Shown piece after piece: positions 1 through 15,800 of a DNA stretch of 64,000 nt. Every line of letters begins with the position of its first letter. Within the stretch, counting starts at the first letter, position 1. The notes beneath the pieces were generated by a model. The model was not told where the DNA came from. It saw only the letters and a program-made list of their open reading frames with translations, and made no database searches. The translations under genes were made by a program, and so were the position numbers. The stretch is from assembly GCA_024704765.1 (NCBI GenBank), contig JAKMXF010000088.1:620001-684000 (forward strand), written 5' to 3'. Source of the stretch: Oopsacas minuta (Eukaryota > Animalia > Porifera).

Positions 1-619
1 TATGTAATATTAAATATATATGTTTAAAACCAAGGTTCATAACCGGGGTGCAGAGGCCCCTTGGAGGTCAACAGGATCTCAAAATTTGTACTGTAGGGGC
101 CCACGGGTGAAAACCATTGGTAAGCAATGTTTCAAACAGTGTCGCTGTTTGGGTATTTCCCAGGCCTCTGAGGGGTAAAATAGGGTAAATCAAAAATGAA
201 AGATTGCTAAATGATTGCACTATTCGCCAGGTATCGAAACCAAGCAATTTATAGTAAATAGCAAATGGTCGCTTTTTAATACATTAAAATTGGACCAGCT
301 GAGAAATTCATTTCTTATATAATTGGAAAATAATCAAATCACAATAAAATGGGATTACATATCATTCTCAAAACTGACTAATTAAATACTGGAATCAGTG
401 GTTTTGATTTATAATTGTCGATTTGGAGAATATTCTGACCATTTTTTGAGGCACAAGGAAGCAAGGGTTATGTCCATAGTAAGCGAAAAGTAAATAACAC
501 TTACTTATGGTTACATTCCATACACATACATACGTTGCCATGGTAGTCTCACAAGATTAAGAGAATGTGACTTGTAATGAGTTAGTTGCAAATAGATCCG
601 CATTAATTTTAAGACGATT

Positions 620-702
620 TTCTGATAGTCAACGAACTATTGATAGTCAACGAATTTCTGATAGTCAACGAATTTCTGATAGTAGGAAGAATTTTTGATA
701 GT
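620..702. repeat. Tandem repeat with an 18-bp unit
   Basis: (TTTCTGATAGTCAACGAA) about 3 copies, plus degenerate copies. Confidence 0.8.
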
Positions 703-898
703 GGTATTTCTTATCTAGCGAATCTATGGTAATCAGATAGCGGAGAAGAATTTGAATGGCATTACTTGTAATACTACTTTTAATACAGCTTTAAGGATCA
801 AATATACATACAGTGTAAGTTCGCGTATTAGCAAGCATGAATTCCTTTGCTAATACGCAAACTTACTTTCATAATACAAAATGGATTCTGAAACTTAC

Positions 899-3800
899 CT
901 TTCCCTTCTCAGCATTCTTCTCTTTTGGATGTTCTGTAAGAATATTTGATAGCAAATTCAATGCCGAAATTCTAGTCCTTATACTGATACATCTTGGTAG
1001 ACCTATTGGATTTTGAATATACGTATATGAATAATTTGACTGAGGTGTCTACAACGTATATCCTTACAAACCCTTGATTTTAAAAGGAATCAAGCAAACA
1101 TTCGCAAAATTATGTGACTTTTACCAGAATAACAAACAGAAATTGATATTCATAGATGTATTACTCGGAAATTCAGGGGTTGGTAATGTATGAAATTCAG
1201 AAATATGTAACTAACAATATTCTGGATCTGTACCAGCTATCCTCAACAACAGTCCTACCCAAGCTGTATTAGCAAAATGTGACCTCATTTTATCAGTGGA
1301 TGCAACACGCGACAAGTAATTGATATAAGATCCCATTGAGTATTCTCTATCATCGTTAGATATAGTACACCATAATTTCTCCAGCTGTTTGAGAGTTTCT
1401 GGATGGACAGGGTGGTTGAACTCAAATGGGAGAGATAGCTCAAGGAAATCTATCGGAGACTGTACTTGGAGATCGTTTCTAGAAATTCAAATAATATGAA
1501 ATTGACCCCTCGGGGCGTGTTTAGAGGTCAAATCCATAAGTATGGTATAAGAACTCATATACTTAAGCCATGGGCACAGTTTCTAATTAAATCGTCTCCT
1601 CAGTCAGGACAATGAATTGAAATTGACAGAAATATAACATGCTATTGATATATGTATAAAACTGCCAACTCCACCTGTTAATTCAATAAAGTCTAGTAAG
1701 AGTTTTGCTTATATAATTATTCGTAATAAGAAATTTGTTATATGCAAGTTCTATTAAATATTTTCATAGCATTTTTACACTCATTTCATATTGATGAAAA
1801 CTGCTGGATTGGACCCCTGATACTACCACAAACCTCAGTCAAGAATGGGGCAGATAGAATCGTATTTCACACCTCTGGCTGTATAACATACAGTCAACTC
1901 CTGTTATATCGAAGCTCAAGGGGCCGCGATAATTACTCCGATATGACCGATGGAATACATGTCCCTTTACGGTTTGGGATCATATTTGTACAATAACAGA
2001 CTTATATAGGCGGGCATTCCGAGATGTCCCTGTTAGATGTAACAGGAGTTGAGTCAGGAATTAAAGTAGTACAGATGTCTAAACTCATGGAAAGTAGAAA
2101 TCAGTTAAAGGGACAATAAATTATTAACACTGCTTAGAGTGTAATTATTTCGCAATTTCACGTCTACTAAGACAAACATGCTCATAGCCAGGAGTTTATA
2201 TGCTAATTATTTCGTGTCTACTAAGATAAATAAAGAATTAAGGTTAATATATTATTGCGTAAGAAGTCAAATGGAAGTGTGAAAACCTCTTGGCATATTT
2301 TAGGCAATTAACGAATGTCGCTATATTGGCGACAACTTTAAGTCATCCATGAAATTAGAAATATATTTACGCTACTGCCTTATTCGGAAAATACTACATT
2401 TTTTATGAGTAACCATAGTTACAACAGATGTTTAATAATATTTTTCGTATCCGAGAGAGAGAATTTTTAACAATTTTCTGCGAGTGTTATATTTGGTATA
2501 AATCGTATAATCGAGGTGTTAACAGAATGCACAGTAGAACTTGGGTAATAGGTACTATTCTCCAAGCTGATTTCTATTTTTATGCTAATCTTATAAGAAT
2601 AATATATCGGGATAGACGTACTCCAGTTAGTACGTAATAATTTTCGTTTCCAGAGAGGATACGTCTTATCTGAGTTCTAATGTATCGAATACAAGGGTGT
2701 GAATTTGAAACACATATTTTGCTGGTAAAAGTTAGAGAGAGAGTCACAGAAATTTCTAAGTCTAGAATTAAATACTATTAAATCTTATAAGAACGAGCAC
2801 GCTTCGGTTGCGAGAACTTCGGTGTCCGCACTCGGGGCTAAGCCCTCGAGTGTATAAACTCACACTAATACCTAGGTAACCCGGCGCCTTCATGCGTCAA
2901 GTTAAGAACAATCTATTTATTCCCTTCCTAGATTTCCTGGACCGTTTGCCACCCTGTATCCCAGGTTTCCTAATAGGAGGCATCTCCTCAAAAACAGTTG
3001 CTTGATCAATAATAATTTTACGAATTTACTCGCATATTTGTGTGCCTATACTGTCCTATAAGACAGCTCAGATCTGATAGGTCCAAATTTATACGACTAT
3101 TAAACCCTCAAATCTGATTGATCAATGTATTTTGTTACCTTCCTCGGTGGAGGGTTGGAGAGATCGCTTCAAAAACTAATAGATCGTTGTCGCAGGGCAA
3201 AATTACCCCTGTGTGGAATTTTCAGCTTTCTACGACATATTGTTTTTCCAAATAATTCTGGACAAACAAACATACAACAATCCAGTTTTTATTAATATAG
3301 ATTATAAATGTTAATACGAACAGAGCAAAAAAATTGTTTGAAAATGGCGAAAATCAAACAAAATCTGCTGTAAATCGTACGTTCTAGATTGTCTCAATGC
3401 TATCAATCGACCCGAATGAATTAGAAATAGAACAGTACTATCCATACTGTAACCAAATGATTTATGTAATAGCTTACAAATAATAGCTGTAAAAAACTTG
3501 GTTTAGTAATTAACCACATCTGCACTGAAGAACCGAAAAAATTTTCATTACAAAGTTGTAAATAACAACTTGCAAGATAAGCACTAGTGCAGGTGCGTAG
3601 ACTAATGAGCAGATCACAAATATATCGTGAAGTTAGTCATAAGACAATTTGTCACTTCATAGTTCACCAAAATACGTCAGTAGAGTTCATACACAGATGT
3701 AAAATGATTAGAAATATCAAAGGGGCTATACCACTCACTTTGAATCGTAGTCAACATCTTTTTGTCCTACAAAATAAAGATAACAAGTACAGTCGTCGCA

Positions 3801-6800
3801 ATAAACATTCTTTCAAACTGTTAACATACAAATTGGTTAAAAACAAGTTAGAACATTTGCTCTGTAGGTTTATAAAGAAATATAAACCCGATAATTATGC
3901 AAATCTTATATGATTCTCTGCATCCATAGATTTATCCTTTGATTCCTGTATATTTGCATAATTAACGGTAGAAGCTTTTAGCTGTAATAGCTTAATAGTG
4001 ATCCAAAGCTCGCTGAGATAAGACAATAATCGGGGGAGATGTGGTTTGGGAGAAATGTATAGGAATTATTGATCAAAGAGCCAGCTAACAAACATATGAA
4101 TATTCAAATGTTCCTTGAATTTAATATTTGAGAAAATTACAGCCGATTAAAGTCGATTGTATTTCTAAATATCTAATACAGTAAACTCTGATTATAATGA
4201 AGTTATTCTTTACCCCTTACAGCCAATCTGGCGTCCACGAACGACAGCAAGTAATAGATATTACTCCGATTATAACGATATGAAACCGGGTCTTGAGGGA
4301 TTCGTTATAACTAGAGTTTACTGCATTTATTGTATGTACTTTGCTTGGTATATTCGTCTGTATAAGGCTTTACGATTATCTTCGGTTTGTGCGGAATAAA
4401 CTGTCCTTCTAACTCTCCATACAATAATCCAACAACAGATTCCAGTACGGTGTGATTTAATTCTGATGAGTTATATCTAAAAAGTATAGAGTATAATATA
4501 TAAAGAGAATATTGGGCAAAATGGGACGATTTTGTTACCATTTTACTAAAGGAATTCTAGCTAGGTATAACGGTCAAATAGAAGTCCCAATTGGCATACT
4601 TGCGAACCCTCCCGTGTCTTATCGAGGGGATATTTTGAGAATCTGGAATTTAGCTTGTTTTGCTATATTTCTGGATATTTTAGGGTGTAATAGAGGGATT
4701 ATATCCCGGGGATTTGGAAATGAAAATGCCGGAAATTTGTAATAGTATATACACCGGTTTTTTAACGAATATAAACTCAAAATAAGCAAAATAAATATAT
4801 TAAAAATCCCGATATGAATTAATTAGAATAACTGTACATATAAAATGTGTTAATTAAATGTTTTAATGCAAAAAGAATCAAACTTGAATATTTTAAGAGA
4901 AAGATTGAATTTCACATTATCCAAATTCTTTCAAAAATTCACACCTAAAGCCCAGGTCATATCAATTACAGGACAATTAAATAGTAATTATCTTTTCCTC
5001 TAAATATAATGCTAGACCAGATGTCAAGTCTTGCTGATATTTTTGGTAAGACATAATTAGCTTGTCTCTACCATAAACGGACTATAGAGTATCTTAAGAG
5101 TTGTTTTGTTTGTACATCTGTTGGGTAACAAGGAAATTGATTACAGTGGAACCTCATTAAAATACCAGCACGGTTAATACCATCATATTTTGACTGTCCG
5201 TCGGTGTTCGTATGCACGAGATTATTGATTTATGTAATTGTTACTTTCGAAAGGGGGTTTGAAATCCTTTTTCTGGCCTGGCCTTGGGCATGCCAATCCT
5301 GGAACCGCCCCTGACTATGACCAAGAGAAGACAGTTAAATATTTTTATTTGGCTAATCTTGTAATCATAGCGAAGAAGATTAAAAATTATCCTTTAGAAT
5401 AGTGCAAATTTTCAAATAATTCGGCATATTTGATATATTTGGTAAGTTTTCTAGAATTCTATTTACTTCCTTGATAAACACGATAAACACATAGTTATGC
5501 AACAATTACATACCGTAAATCCTTTCCTTGACAACGGACAACAAACAGACAAACAATTGAGGTTTAATAATATAAATTATTCTATTTTTAAACCAAAAAA
5601 ATAAATTCGACAAAGATAAATCGAGCCAAAATTACAAATGTCTCTCCCCAAATATATTCGAACAGCTGATTAGTACCATATAACAAATGCAGGATATTCA
5701 CATTATCCCAGAAGATATTTGGAAGATTATCTTATTAGTTTTGTAATCAGTTCATTTGTGCTTATGTTAGCTGAAAGATCTAATTACCGCTATGAATAAT
5801 TCGGTATGGGTGAAGTTGTATAATTGGAATTTATAATCAAAAGCTCCAAGAATCTGTTCACAAGTTAAAGCTAGCTCAGACCAGACAAAATTTGTTTTTA
5901 ATTAATATTTCCCAGATTGGATCATTTCTAGCACGAAAAGGTGTGATTTCCCATGGAACATATTTTCTGGAAAACTATATATACTCCTATGGATTCGGAT
6001 AATTGAGATTATTTGGTTAGGAAGAATTCAGACACCAGCCGTCAACTACAGTTATATCTAAAACGGATATACAGAAATACCCGCTTATGAGGTGCGAAAT
6101 TGTACAAAAATGGTCCCAAACCGTCAAAGTAACATACATTCCATCGGTAATATCGAAGTAATTATCCCGGTCCCTTCAGTATAGATATAACGGGAGCTGA
6201 CTGTTTATTGTATTATGGGAATGAGGTCAATATTTGTATAATAAAAATAAGAAAATATTATTATGAGAACAAATATCTCAAAAATCAACCTCTGATTCAT
6301 AAAAGATAATTATGGATTCGACCTCTGAATACGTCCCAGGAGTGTGAAAATTTAAAGGTGTCAAATTCCTATGTTTAGCCTGTACAGTAGAGGAATTAGG
6401 TCAGGTGTAATAACTAATATGGTAACAATAAATAATATTTCCTTTGATATAATATAGGAATAGCTCTACCATGTTTGTGCTTAATAACATAATGTAAGAG
6501 ATAGATATGAGACAATACATGCAATCATTATACATATATGTTGATTATATTATCAAATGGTATACTGTAACCTCTAGAATGGGTACAAGGGAGGCTGAAA
6601 ATGCTACCCCCTTGGTGGAGGTTCATTCGTATAGGGCTAGAAATTCGCTCTATTTATTTCACACCATTTCATTTAACACCTATGAAATAAACAGCAAAAA
6701 TCATACCCTATAATAGCAGCAATATAGTAGAAGAGCATAGCAGCTATATTTCTTATACATCTCTCAAGTTTGTTATCCTCTGGGAATGGGAAGGGTAGTT

Positions 6801-9800
6801 TCGTACTGATGATACCTAGACAACGGTAATACACAATAGTTATGTACAGATTTCTATGTACAAAGCCCTCAACATTAATATAATAATACACTGGAGTTCG
6901 AATTATATGAATTGGCAAATGTGTGCGGGTAATTAATTGAGCGGGCATTTCACATCATAATTTGGCCGCGCAAACTCAATAATTTATAGGCGGGGAAATA
7001 GTAATTTAGGCGCGTAAGTGCCTGCTTTGATAAATATATTACATATGAAAACAGAAACATAGAACTGGTGTGGACCAATTTTATAATTTTCCAGTTATTG
7101 ATTATTGTGTGAGTATAAAATGTACAATTACAGAATTAAAATTTGTTTACGACAACAAATATGTTAATAAACAAGAACAGTACATAAAGTGAACAAATAA
7201 CAACAGTACAAACACAAGGCAGAGATAGTACTGCAGTACAAACCTTGCTTTGATCAGGTTTACTTTCAGTACAATAATGCATTGCAAGTACATACAAGCA
7301 AATTCAGTGCTATGCTAAGATTAGCAAACATAGATTTGCTTTCCTACTCAGTTATTAGATCATATTGCACTGACTGATGTGATGGCATAGCCTGAAGTGG
7401 ATACTTTAGGCACCATGATGAGGTTAGGACAAATATTAACCGCGTGTTATGGGCTAATTTATGCGCCATTTGGAGGTTATAGTAAATTTTAGGCGCCATA
7501 ATAAGCCAAATATTATTAATGACAAAGCTTTAGAAATATTTGTTATATGATTTACTTATCTCAAATCGCGATAAATTCTCAATTTTGAAAATATTTAACA
7601 AATCGCGGATTTGAAAAATAGCCTAACACGGGCCAGAATACTAAGGTATTCACTGGGCGTTCCCCCGATCAAATGGCGTCAGCATTTTCATTGTTGTTGT
7701 AAAAATAAATATGATTAAAGCAGTATTTAGCACATATGTATGTATGTATGTATATTTACACGTAGGACATGAGACAAAGTTTTACCATATTAATGGAAGC
7801 TAATCGGATTAAGAGGAAATCAATGACCCTAGTAGAAATTTGTTTGATCGAATGCTATTATAAGAATATCGTCAACAACTTGTTACACATTCCAAAGGTC
7901 CAATCTGTTTCCAGGTTGCTTTAATGCCAGGAGACAGAAAGTACTATGTTTCCACCAAAACATGTACATATGTATTGACTATTGAGTGAGTTCAGTGGTA
8001 TTAAGTTACAACAACAAGTGATTTGTATATCATACTGGAGAGAGTTTGAATATTCCTTTTGAAGAAGATAAGAGAAATTAGAAATTCATTAAATTGGAGA
8101 TATGTGTGTGTGTGTGTGTGGATACACCCTGTATAGTCACCTGGTAGTTGTAATATAATTAGTTACGTGGTTGGTTAGAAGGTGTTCTGTCTGAAAGGAT
8201 TCAGCTGTACAAAACACAGCATTTTCAGGTTTTTCGAATTGGACATCTTACATAATATGATACCCTTACATATTCCAAATCCCCTTGAGAGATGCTGGAA
8301 CAACAGCTATTCGCTCAACTAATGAAGTATGTTTTCTTAACAACACAGGAATGCATCCACATTCAATTCATACCAACCATTGTTTTCAAATCAACTACTC
8401 TCGAAATACTTCTATGATGGAAGACTTTTCAGTCTATTGAATGTGATAATGTTGCCATATATGGGCATAGGTCTTTTGAAATTTTGTGCCCTTTTTCGTG
8501 TTTTTCTGAGTGGTTTTTTCTGGCAAACAGTTGTGAAATATAGGTGCTAATCATATATAACAGGTTTATGTAAGGTTAGAAAACCTAAGTGCATGATATA
8601 GTATTAATAGAATTTGTCCATGTTGCTATAGGAAGTGAAAGCTACAAATGGAATTCTTGCAATAGTTTATAACAAAATTTGTAGAAATATTAAACGCAAC
8701 TTTCGGAAGTGACGAATTCCTGGCTAATAAGATATGAGGGTTACAAGTATGTTGAAAATATAGTTAGCATTAATGAATAATTCCTAAAGTTCAATCTGTG
8801 CGGACAGCTAGTATATTACTTGAATCATTTACAGAACACGATACATTGGAGACACGTCAATACAGTTAGTGCCTCAAATTAAAGTACCACGGTAAATAAA
8901 TATGCTATGTTGTCGGTAGATATAGTAATATTGGATATTTCTTACCAGATAGCTCAGCTAATACAGACAGTATGTGCGGAGAACAAACTTCATTAACATC
9001 AAAACAGTTGACTTTCCCTTGTAGCCATGACATGTTGATCACTAGATCCAAATAGAGAGGCACTTTCTCTTTCTCAACTAGTTAGAATTTAAATATTGTT
9101 AAAACGGGAGGGAATAGCCCTTGGAGAGGGCAGAGGGTGTTCCTTGGGAGACAACAGGATCTCAAAATATGGGAGGGTGTCTACAGAAGGTGTTAAAGGG
9201 GTACACGGAGTTTGAACGTTGGCATTTTAACCATCCCATAAGGCATAATATATATCCGCAATTATAACAAAAATAATAATATCATATCATATCCACATGA
9301 TGATGTAATTTGCAATTGAAATGTTATGATAATTGTTTGCCAATTACTGATGGATGACCCCTCCCATAGCCTCTAATACAAACTTTGAGAGTCTATAGAC
9401 CCCCAAGGGGTCCTAGTTGGGACTGTTGGATTAAATCTTACCTGCTTTTGTACATGCTTTCGCTGCTTGTGCGATTTTCTTGAATACATAGGTTAGAATT
9501 TTATTGAAAGCTGATTTGATTTTAAGTTGGAGATCTCTTGGTGCAGACGAAATGTTCCCCTAAATAAATGTATTATTTGTAATATCGTATTACTAATTCC
9601 AGGGAGTAAGTAGGACCAAAATCCACCCAACGACCACATGGCTCACAAACAGGCCAAATAGCCGATAAAATCAATAGCATCGTGCCGTCTCCACAAATGA
9701 CTAAAATACCACAAAATACACTAAAAATATTTGATAAATTATTCAAAGATTTGCACAATTGAAAGATTTCTCCTTTCCTCCTCCGACAATTATGATCAAA

Positions 9801-12800
9801 GACAACAAATTAAATATTCATATGAAAGGTGTAATTCGTAACTACAAAGTGTTGAAAGTGGTTGAATATGTCTGTAGCCACGATAAAGTTGTTCTTTCAT
9901 TAACCAATCAATTTTGAGCTTAGTTGTCATATTATCATAGTTAATACTAATCAGAATTCCCAAAATTAAAATATTTATAAGAGTTCAATAGAAAGTGGCA
10001 TATAAGAGCCACTTTTGTGACACAATATACAAAATTATTTTCAAAGAAACCTAGCGAAATTTATCAGCCACAAATTATAAACAGTGGCCAAGTTTCAGTT
10101 CCAATAACCAACAAAGAAAAAGGTGTCAACAAACCATAATAACAAAATTCCTCTTATTAAAGTTCTGTAATCCAGTATTTCCTAGTAAACTAGTCTGTAG
10201 GAGTCTGTAAGCTGTAGGTAGGATACTGCTTATTTGTCCGAGCGGTTTATTACCTCTGCTCAATAGGACACATTGTATTAGCTTGATTGCTTCATAGCGT
10301 AACTATATAGTATATTATTAATCATATTTTCACACCTTTGAGTATAGTAAAACAGTCAAAAGTGATACATTTAGGATAGCTCCTTGAGGGCCAGTTTCGA
10401 AGTTATAGTCCACCGGAAAAGGTGTGAAAATCAACACTTTTCACTGAGGTAATTCACATAAGTTTGCTCGGATATCTACTCGTGTATTAATCATATTTTC
10501 ACACCTTTGGTGTGTAATTAAAACACATAGTAACATTCCAGAGGTAATTAATGCATTATAGAAATAGAGTGTAAACTGAATGAGAATATATTCCCAGAGA
10601 ATCAGTACATTCAAAACTGAATGATTTCTTATACCTAACCAACTAATGGGAGAGTCATAAAAACTGAGAATTCCAAATTGTTAACAAATTTTAATAGTTT
10701 GTTACCTAGGTGATATAATTAGCAGACAGGTATGTGAATTTATTGATGTATAGTGTATTTCTAGCGGAATGACTACATATCTCACACATTCACACATTGT
10801 CCAAAATTTCGGGAATTTCAGAGTTTCTATGGCTGTCTTAACCTTGAGCATTCGAATTTTCGGGTCCCCAAAGTTTCATATTATTTGTTTATTTATTTGT
10901 TAGTTTGTTAGTTTGTTTGTTTGTTTGTTTGTTTGTTTGTTTGCTTGTTTGTTGTCTTGCCTTTCTACAACTCACCTCGGCTCGTTTTTTCTGGACTGCC
11001 ATAGTTTTAGCAATATTCTCCAAAAGATTTTCATTCCACTTACTCTGTAATTCTATTGGCTCAGCTAACACGCCAGACTTCTGTACTTCTGTCTGGTGTT
11101 TAGCCTTATAGGCTCTAATTGGTTCCAATAGGAACTCAGTTATTGTTGATATTATTTTTGATGAAAGTGTTGGTGATTTTATTTGTGTTTCAAAATGTTT
11201 TAAAGGGTCTTTTGACTGGAAATAAACAGCTATAGAATCCAACGGTGAATCTTTATCGTTCTAAAAATATTCCAAAATTTGACATAAATAGTTTTCACAA
11301 CTTAACAAATAAATAACAATCTGTTTACCTGAACATTGGAGGTGTCGATTTGTTGTTTAGTTGGTTCAAATGGTGCGACTGTTTTCTGAGAAGATTTACC
11401 TTGTTTCTTACTTTGATCTTTGACCTACGAAAATGTAATTAAATAACTAGAAATATACTAAAGTTCAATTACAGCATTTGTTGATATTTGGTATAGAATT
11501 GAAATTATCACTTAAGCATATTTGGCCTATCAGATTTGAGGGTTTAGCCAGTAAGCCTGTAATTCTTTTGGTTAAATTCGTAACACACATTAATGCAAAT
11601 TAATTCATTAATAGGTAATTCATTTGTACAATAACAACATTCCATTAACCACTGGAGGTAACTATGAATTAATTAAACCAAAACTCCACCCCATCATTGC
11701 TTTAAAATCAAAAACAACTAACGGACATTTCTAGAAAATATTTGAACCAACTTCCTAACAATAGAATTTACAATAAAATGACACAAACATTTGGCCTAAT
11801 CCGCAAAAAAATTTTTGGGAAAAAAATGAGCCAAAAGTTGTAAATACATCAAAGAAATATTTTTAATACAAATAAACCCTTTTTTAGCAAAAAAAATTAG
11901 TTCCAAATCATTCTAAAATCAATTCCAATTCATTTCGGAGATAGCACTGCAGTCTACGCGCATTATAATGGAGAATATACTAAGGTAAGTTATAGTATAA
12001 ATACAACATTTTCCATATAGAAATCTAACTCAAATTCTCATAGAAAACAAAGTCTGAAAAAAATCGTTTTATATAAAGATACTGTAACGAGAAAAATGGA
12101 AGAATCAAATGGAACAAAATGCCAGGGGTTAATGACGGTAACTAACAAACATCTAGTTTATGCTTCATTACAAGAAAGCGCGTTCACACCTAACAAACGA
12201 TGGAGGTTAAATACAATCCATAAAATTCACGTCTCTGATAAAAATAGTCTTTCATTCGAAACGGAAGACGAAAATATTTCTTTTGAGATGGAGAAGCCGA
12301 ACAAAGTTCTAAAATTAGTTAAAAAGCAGAAGAAAAAAATCCTGGAAAAAGAGAAAAAGCGAGCGCCAAAGTTTAACAAAGAATCTCGGAGAGCCAGTCT
12401 GGAAACTATCCTAGGAACCGTTGTGACACAAGGGAATGCACCTAATAAAATGATGAGGAGAAACACATCCATCGAACGAGTTGAGAAACATAGTTTCGAT
12501 TCGAATCACAGTCCAATCGTTTCAACACCTTCTAGACGGAATATGGCATTACCACCTGAGCCAATAGACAACCCATATTTCAATATGAGAGGGCGAAATA
12601 TGGGACGAAGCAACACCGACCTAGAACCCCTTCATGAGACCACACAGAGGGATTCATTTATGCGATATAGATCACTTCCACCTGTGGAGAACAAACCCAA
12701 TAAATCCTGCGATGCAATCCAGACACTTCCTATCGAAGAGAATTATGTTTATTCAAGTGGGATGTCTTCTTCTGAAGATGATTTTACAGACATGAAATCG

Positions 12801-15800
12801 ATGGAAGATCTGATAAACGAAAGGAAATACAAACTAGAAAAGTTGAAAAGAATTCCCACTAATAGACCCTATCGAACTAAATCCGTCTGTGATTTGTTAA
12901 ACGGCGATTATGTCGATTTAACTTTCGAAAAGGAAAACAGGAAGAGCCTGAACTTCGAACAATGCATATACGACAATTTACCTAATTCGGGATTATACGC
13001 AAACGGAAGTTGTCCGTTCGAAAGAATCCCAAATCTGCAAGACGATGATTGCCATTACGCCGAATTAGAGATAAAATCAAATGAATCGGGGGAAATTCAT
13101 CGAAACGAGGAATACTCAACTTACAGTAGAATAGATTTCATCGCGACACATGCTCTGGAAATGGCAAAAGAAAGTTTAAGAAGTGTCTGTTAATTACGTA
13201 TTAACCTTTCTGTAATTTTAATTGATTTTTAGTTAGAATTTATTAAACTCTTTCGACTGCAAAAATATCAAAATTTAATTATTAAAGAGGGAACTGTAAG
13301 AATCTCAGAAGTTCGATTTATATGAAAACACAAAAATAAATCGAATAATTATTTTAATCTCACTGTAACGACACAATAAATGTATGAACAAACAAACAAA
13401 CAAACAAACCAATAAATAAACAAACAAATAAACAAACCAACAAACCAATCTCAAAATAAACCCTAATTAACCATATCAACAGATAAACATCAACTTTTTG
13501 CCCAAAAATAAAAATTTGAATGTATTTTACATAAAATCAATGTATTCACAAATTGATATACAGGAGTTATCACTTATCAGAACACCCTTGGGAGTAGCAA
13601 TACATATTCTTATAACCGGTATATACAGGGGAACATGTTCTTATAACTGGTGTATACAGGGGAACATGTTCTTATAACTGGTGTATACAGGGGAACGTCA
13701 ACATTATGAGCGTTCTTATTGACGAGGTTCCTCTGTATTATACAAGAGTATATGAGAACTGTTTTCCAGAGGATAGTTCTTATAAGTGGTGTTCTTATAA
13801 GTGATACCAATGTGAATAATAATCAACCTTTGGATATGCTGTGTATTCACCTATTAGCAAGTGATTCATGTACTTAGTGTTCATTTTGTATTGGAGACAA
13901 TTCTTCTAATACAGTTTCTCATCCTTCTTCACCCGTGGACCCCTATACGCATATTAACACATTATGTGAACCCCTGCTGTCTTCGGTAGACAACAAAAGA
14001 GTTTTGAGAACCCCTGTCCTTCAACTATAAGCTATAATGACATCAAATATGTTTCTACGTCAATCAATCCGGGGTATATTCAAACGTTGCATTTTCTAAG
14101 CGAAATAATTCAAAACTAATTAAATATATTCAAAAACCCAATTATAATTCCGCTAACGAAAAATGATAAACAAAAATAAGTAATTACTAAATAATAAGAT
14201 ATTAATTGGAGAAACACGTAAATACGATTCGAAAGAATTTTTCTATTTTTGCCATAAGTAGAGGCTATGTTCTTTAATTGGCTGCCTGTTGGCGTATGTA
14301 GCAGGACAAAAAAATCCTTTGACATGTTTGCATATACGTAAAATGACATTAATTAGATCTGAATTGATTTTAAAGTGTATAGAATATACGGGGGAGATAT
14401 TTGAGAGAGCATTTGGAAGACGATACAGGCAACTCCAGTTATATCGAAGCTCAAGGGACCGTGATAATTAGTGTTAATTTGACTGTTCGTAATCATATTT
14501 GCATAATTCAGATTGCGATATGAGCGGGTATTTTGATATAACGAGAGTTGACTGTATTTCAACGAGTAAATAACTTCGTTCAACCCACACGGGAATACGT
14601 AATACACTTCTAATTTATTAGAAAGCAAACTATTACAGATATTGAATAATATCTTGAGTAATATTGCTTATTGGAAATTATTGAATATCGGAAAAGTTAG
14701 CTAAGTTTATGCGTAATATTATTGCATAATATGTGAGTAATATTCATATGAAAGTTTAAATAATATTACGGTGTAACTTCACAAACTGGGCCTCTGGAAA
14801 CGGGGAACTTCTGGAAACGGAATGAAAATTCATTGAGCGAATTCCTAGTCCCATACAAATGAACCTTCCAAAACGGGGGAATGGAGTAGCATTGTTCTGA
14901 AGGAGGGATGTGATAGGAAACTTCGCCATATGAGGATAGGGATTCATACACCATACTTATGGATTTGACCTCTGAACACGCCCCGGGGGTGAGGTGATAA
15001 AAAGGTAACAAATCCCAAGCCTCATTCCAAACGAATGAGGCAGAATTAATCATATTTCTTACATTCGTAGTAACATCATCTTGAACATCTTTGTGTACAG
15101 CAGGCGACACCATGAATATTAAGAACAAACACATGGCTCTTAGGGTCGCACAGAGTTGAGTGTAACTTTTCTCAGATGAAACTGTGTCCTCTTCAGAGGT
15201 GTCAAGTGGTCTCAATGAGAACAATTCTTTCCTGACTCGAAATATACTCTCATATGCTTCCAATAGTGACTCTGAAGTCTTGGCGCTAAATAGTTAATAT
15301 AATTTGCAAATTTCAATGAATATTAAATATAGTCTACTCACCCGTGTTTGTTAGCGATAATTTGTATTCTACAATGTTTGGCTATCACTGCCAGCATGCC
15401 ACATGACACCTCTCTCAACCCTATTACGTCATCGTCTGTATATGTGTCCCATTCTATAAAAACAATCAAACAAATAAACAAATATACAAACAAATATACA
15501 AACAAATAGATAAACAAGTAAACAAACAAACCTCCAAGCGTAGCAAACTGTATCAGCTGATTATAAGCCTCATAACAGCTGTGATTCTCTTCAGTACGCG
15601 CTTGCGCTAAATCTATAATCAACTTAGCAACGGAATCTGGCTCAGGAATGTCATAAGAATCAACAGCTGATTCATAAGTCAGTACACATTCAACTATTTG
15701 ATCCGCATTGGAGGGTAGAGAAGGTAGAATCTCATTGGTTGATTCCTTCCATTGAATTAAGCCTATTTAAAAAGGTAAATGCCTTTCTCCCCCCCGAGGG

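Noticed and set aside
3525-3550. Minimal hammerhead-like CTGAAGA...GAAA
   Set aside because: No stem I pairing could be formed around a cleavage triplet.
1742-8460. Short ORFs in the large HERC1 introns (1742, 2428, 3587, 4311, 4512, 6507, 6673) and coding-looking patches near 7240 and 8170
   Set aside because: No recognisable domain, interrupted by stops, or overlapping MITEs; probably decayed transposon sequence. Some unresolved small HERC1 exons may lie here, e.g. 3739-3766.
10905-11111. ORFs rich in FVCL/TNKQ or poly-Val (also 15338, 22942, 30583, 31219, 31765, 35416)
   Set aside because: These are translations of (GTTT)n or (CAA)n microsatellites, sometimes fused to a real exon frame; they are not independent genes.
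14766-15062. C-terminal part of the 165-aa ORF 14766-15263
   Set aside because: The HERC1 exon ends at the GTAAGA donor (15061-15062); the rest is intron containing a dispersed repeat.
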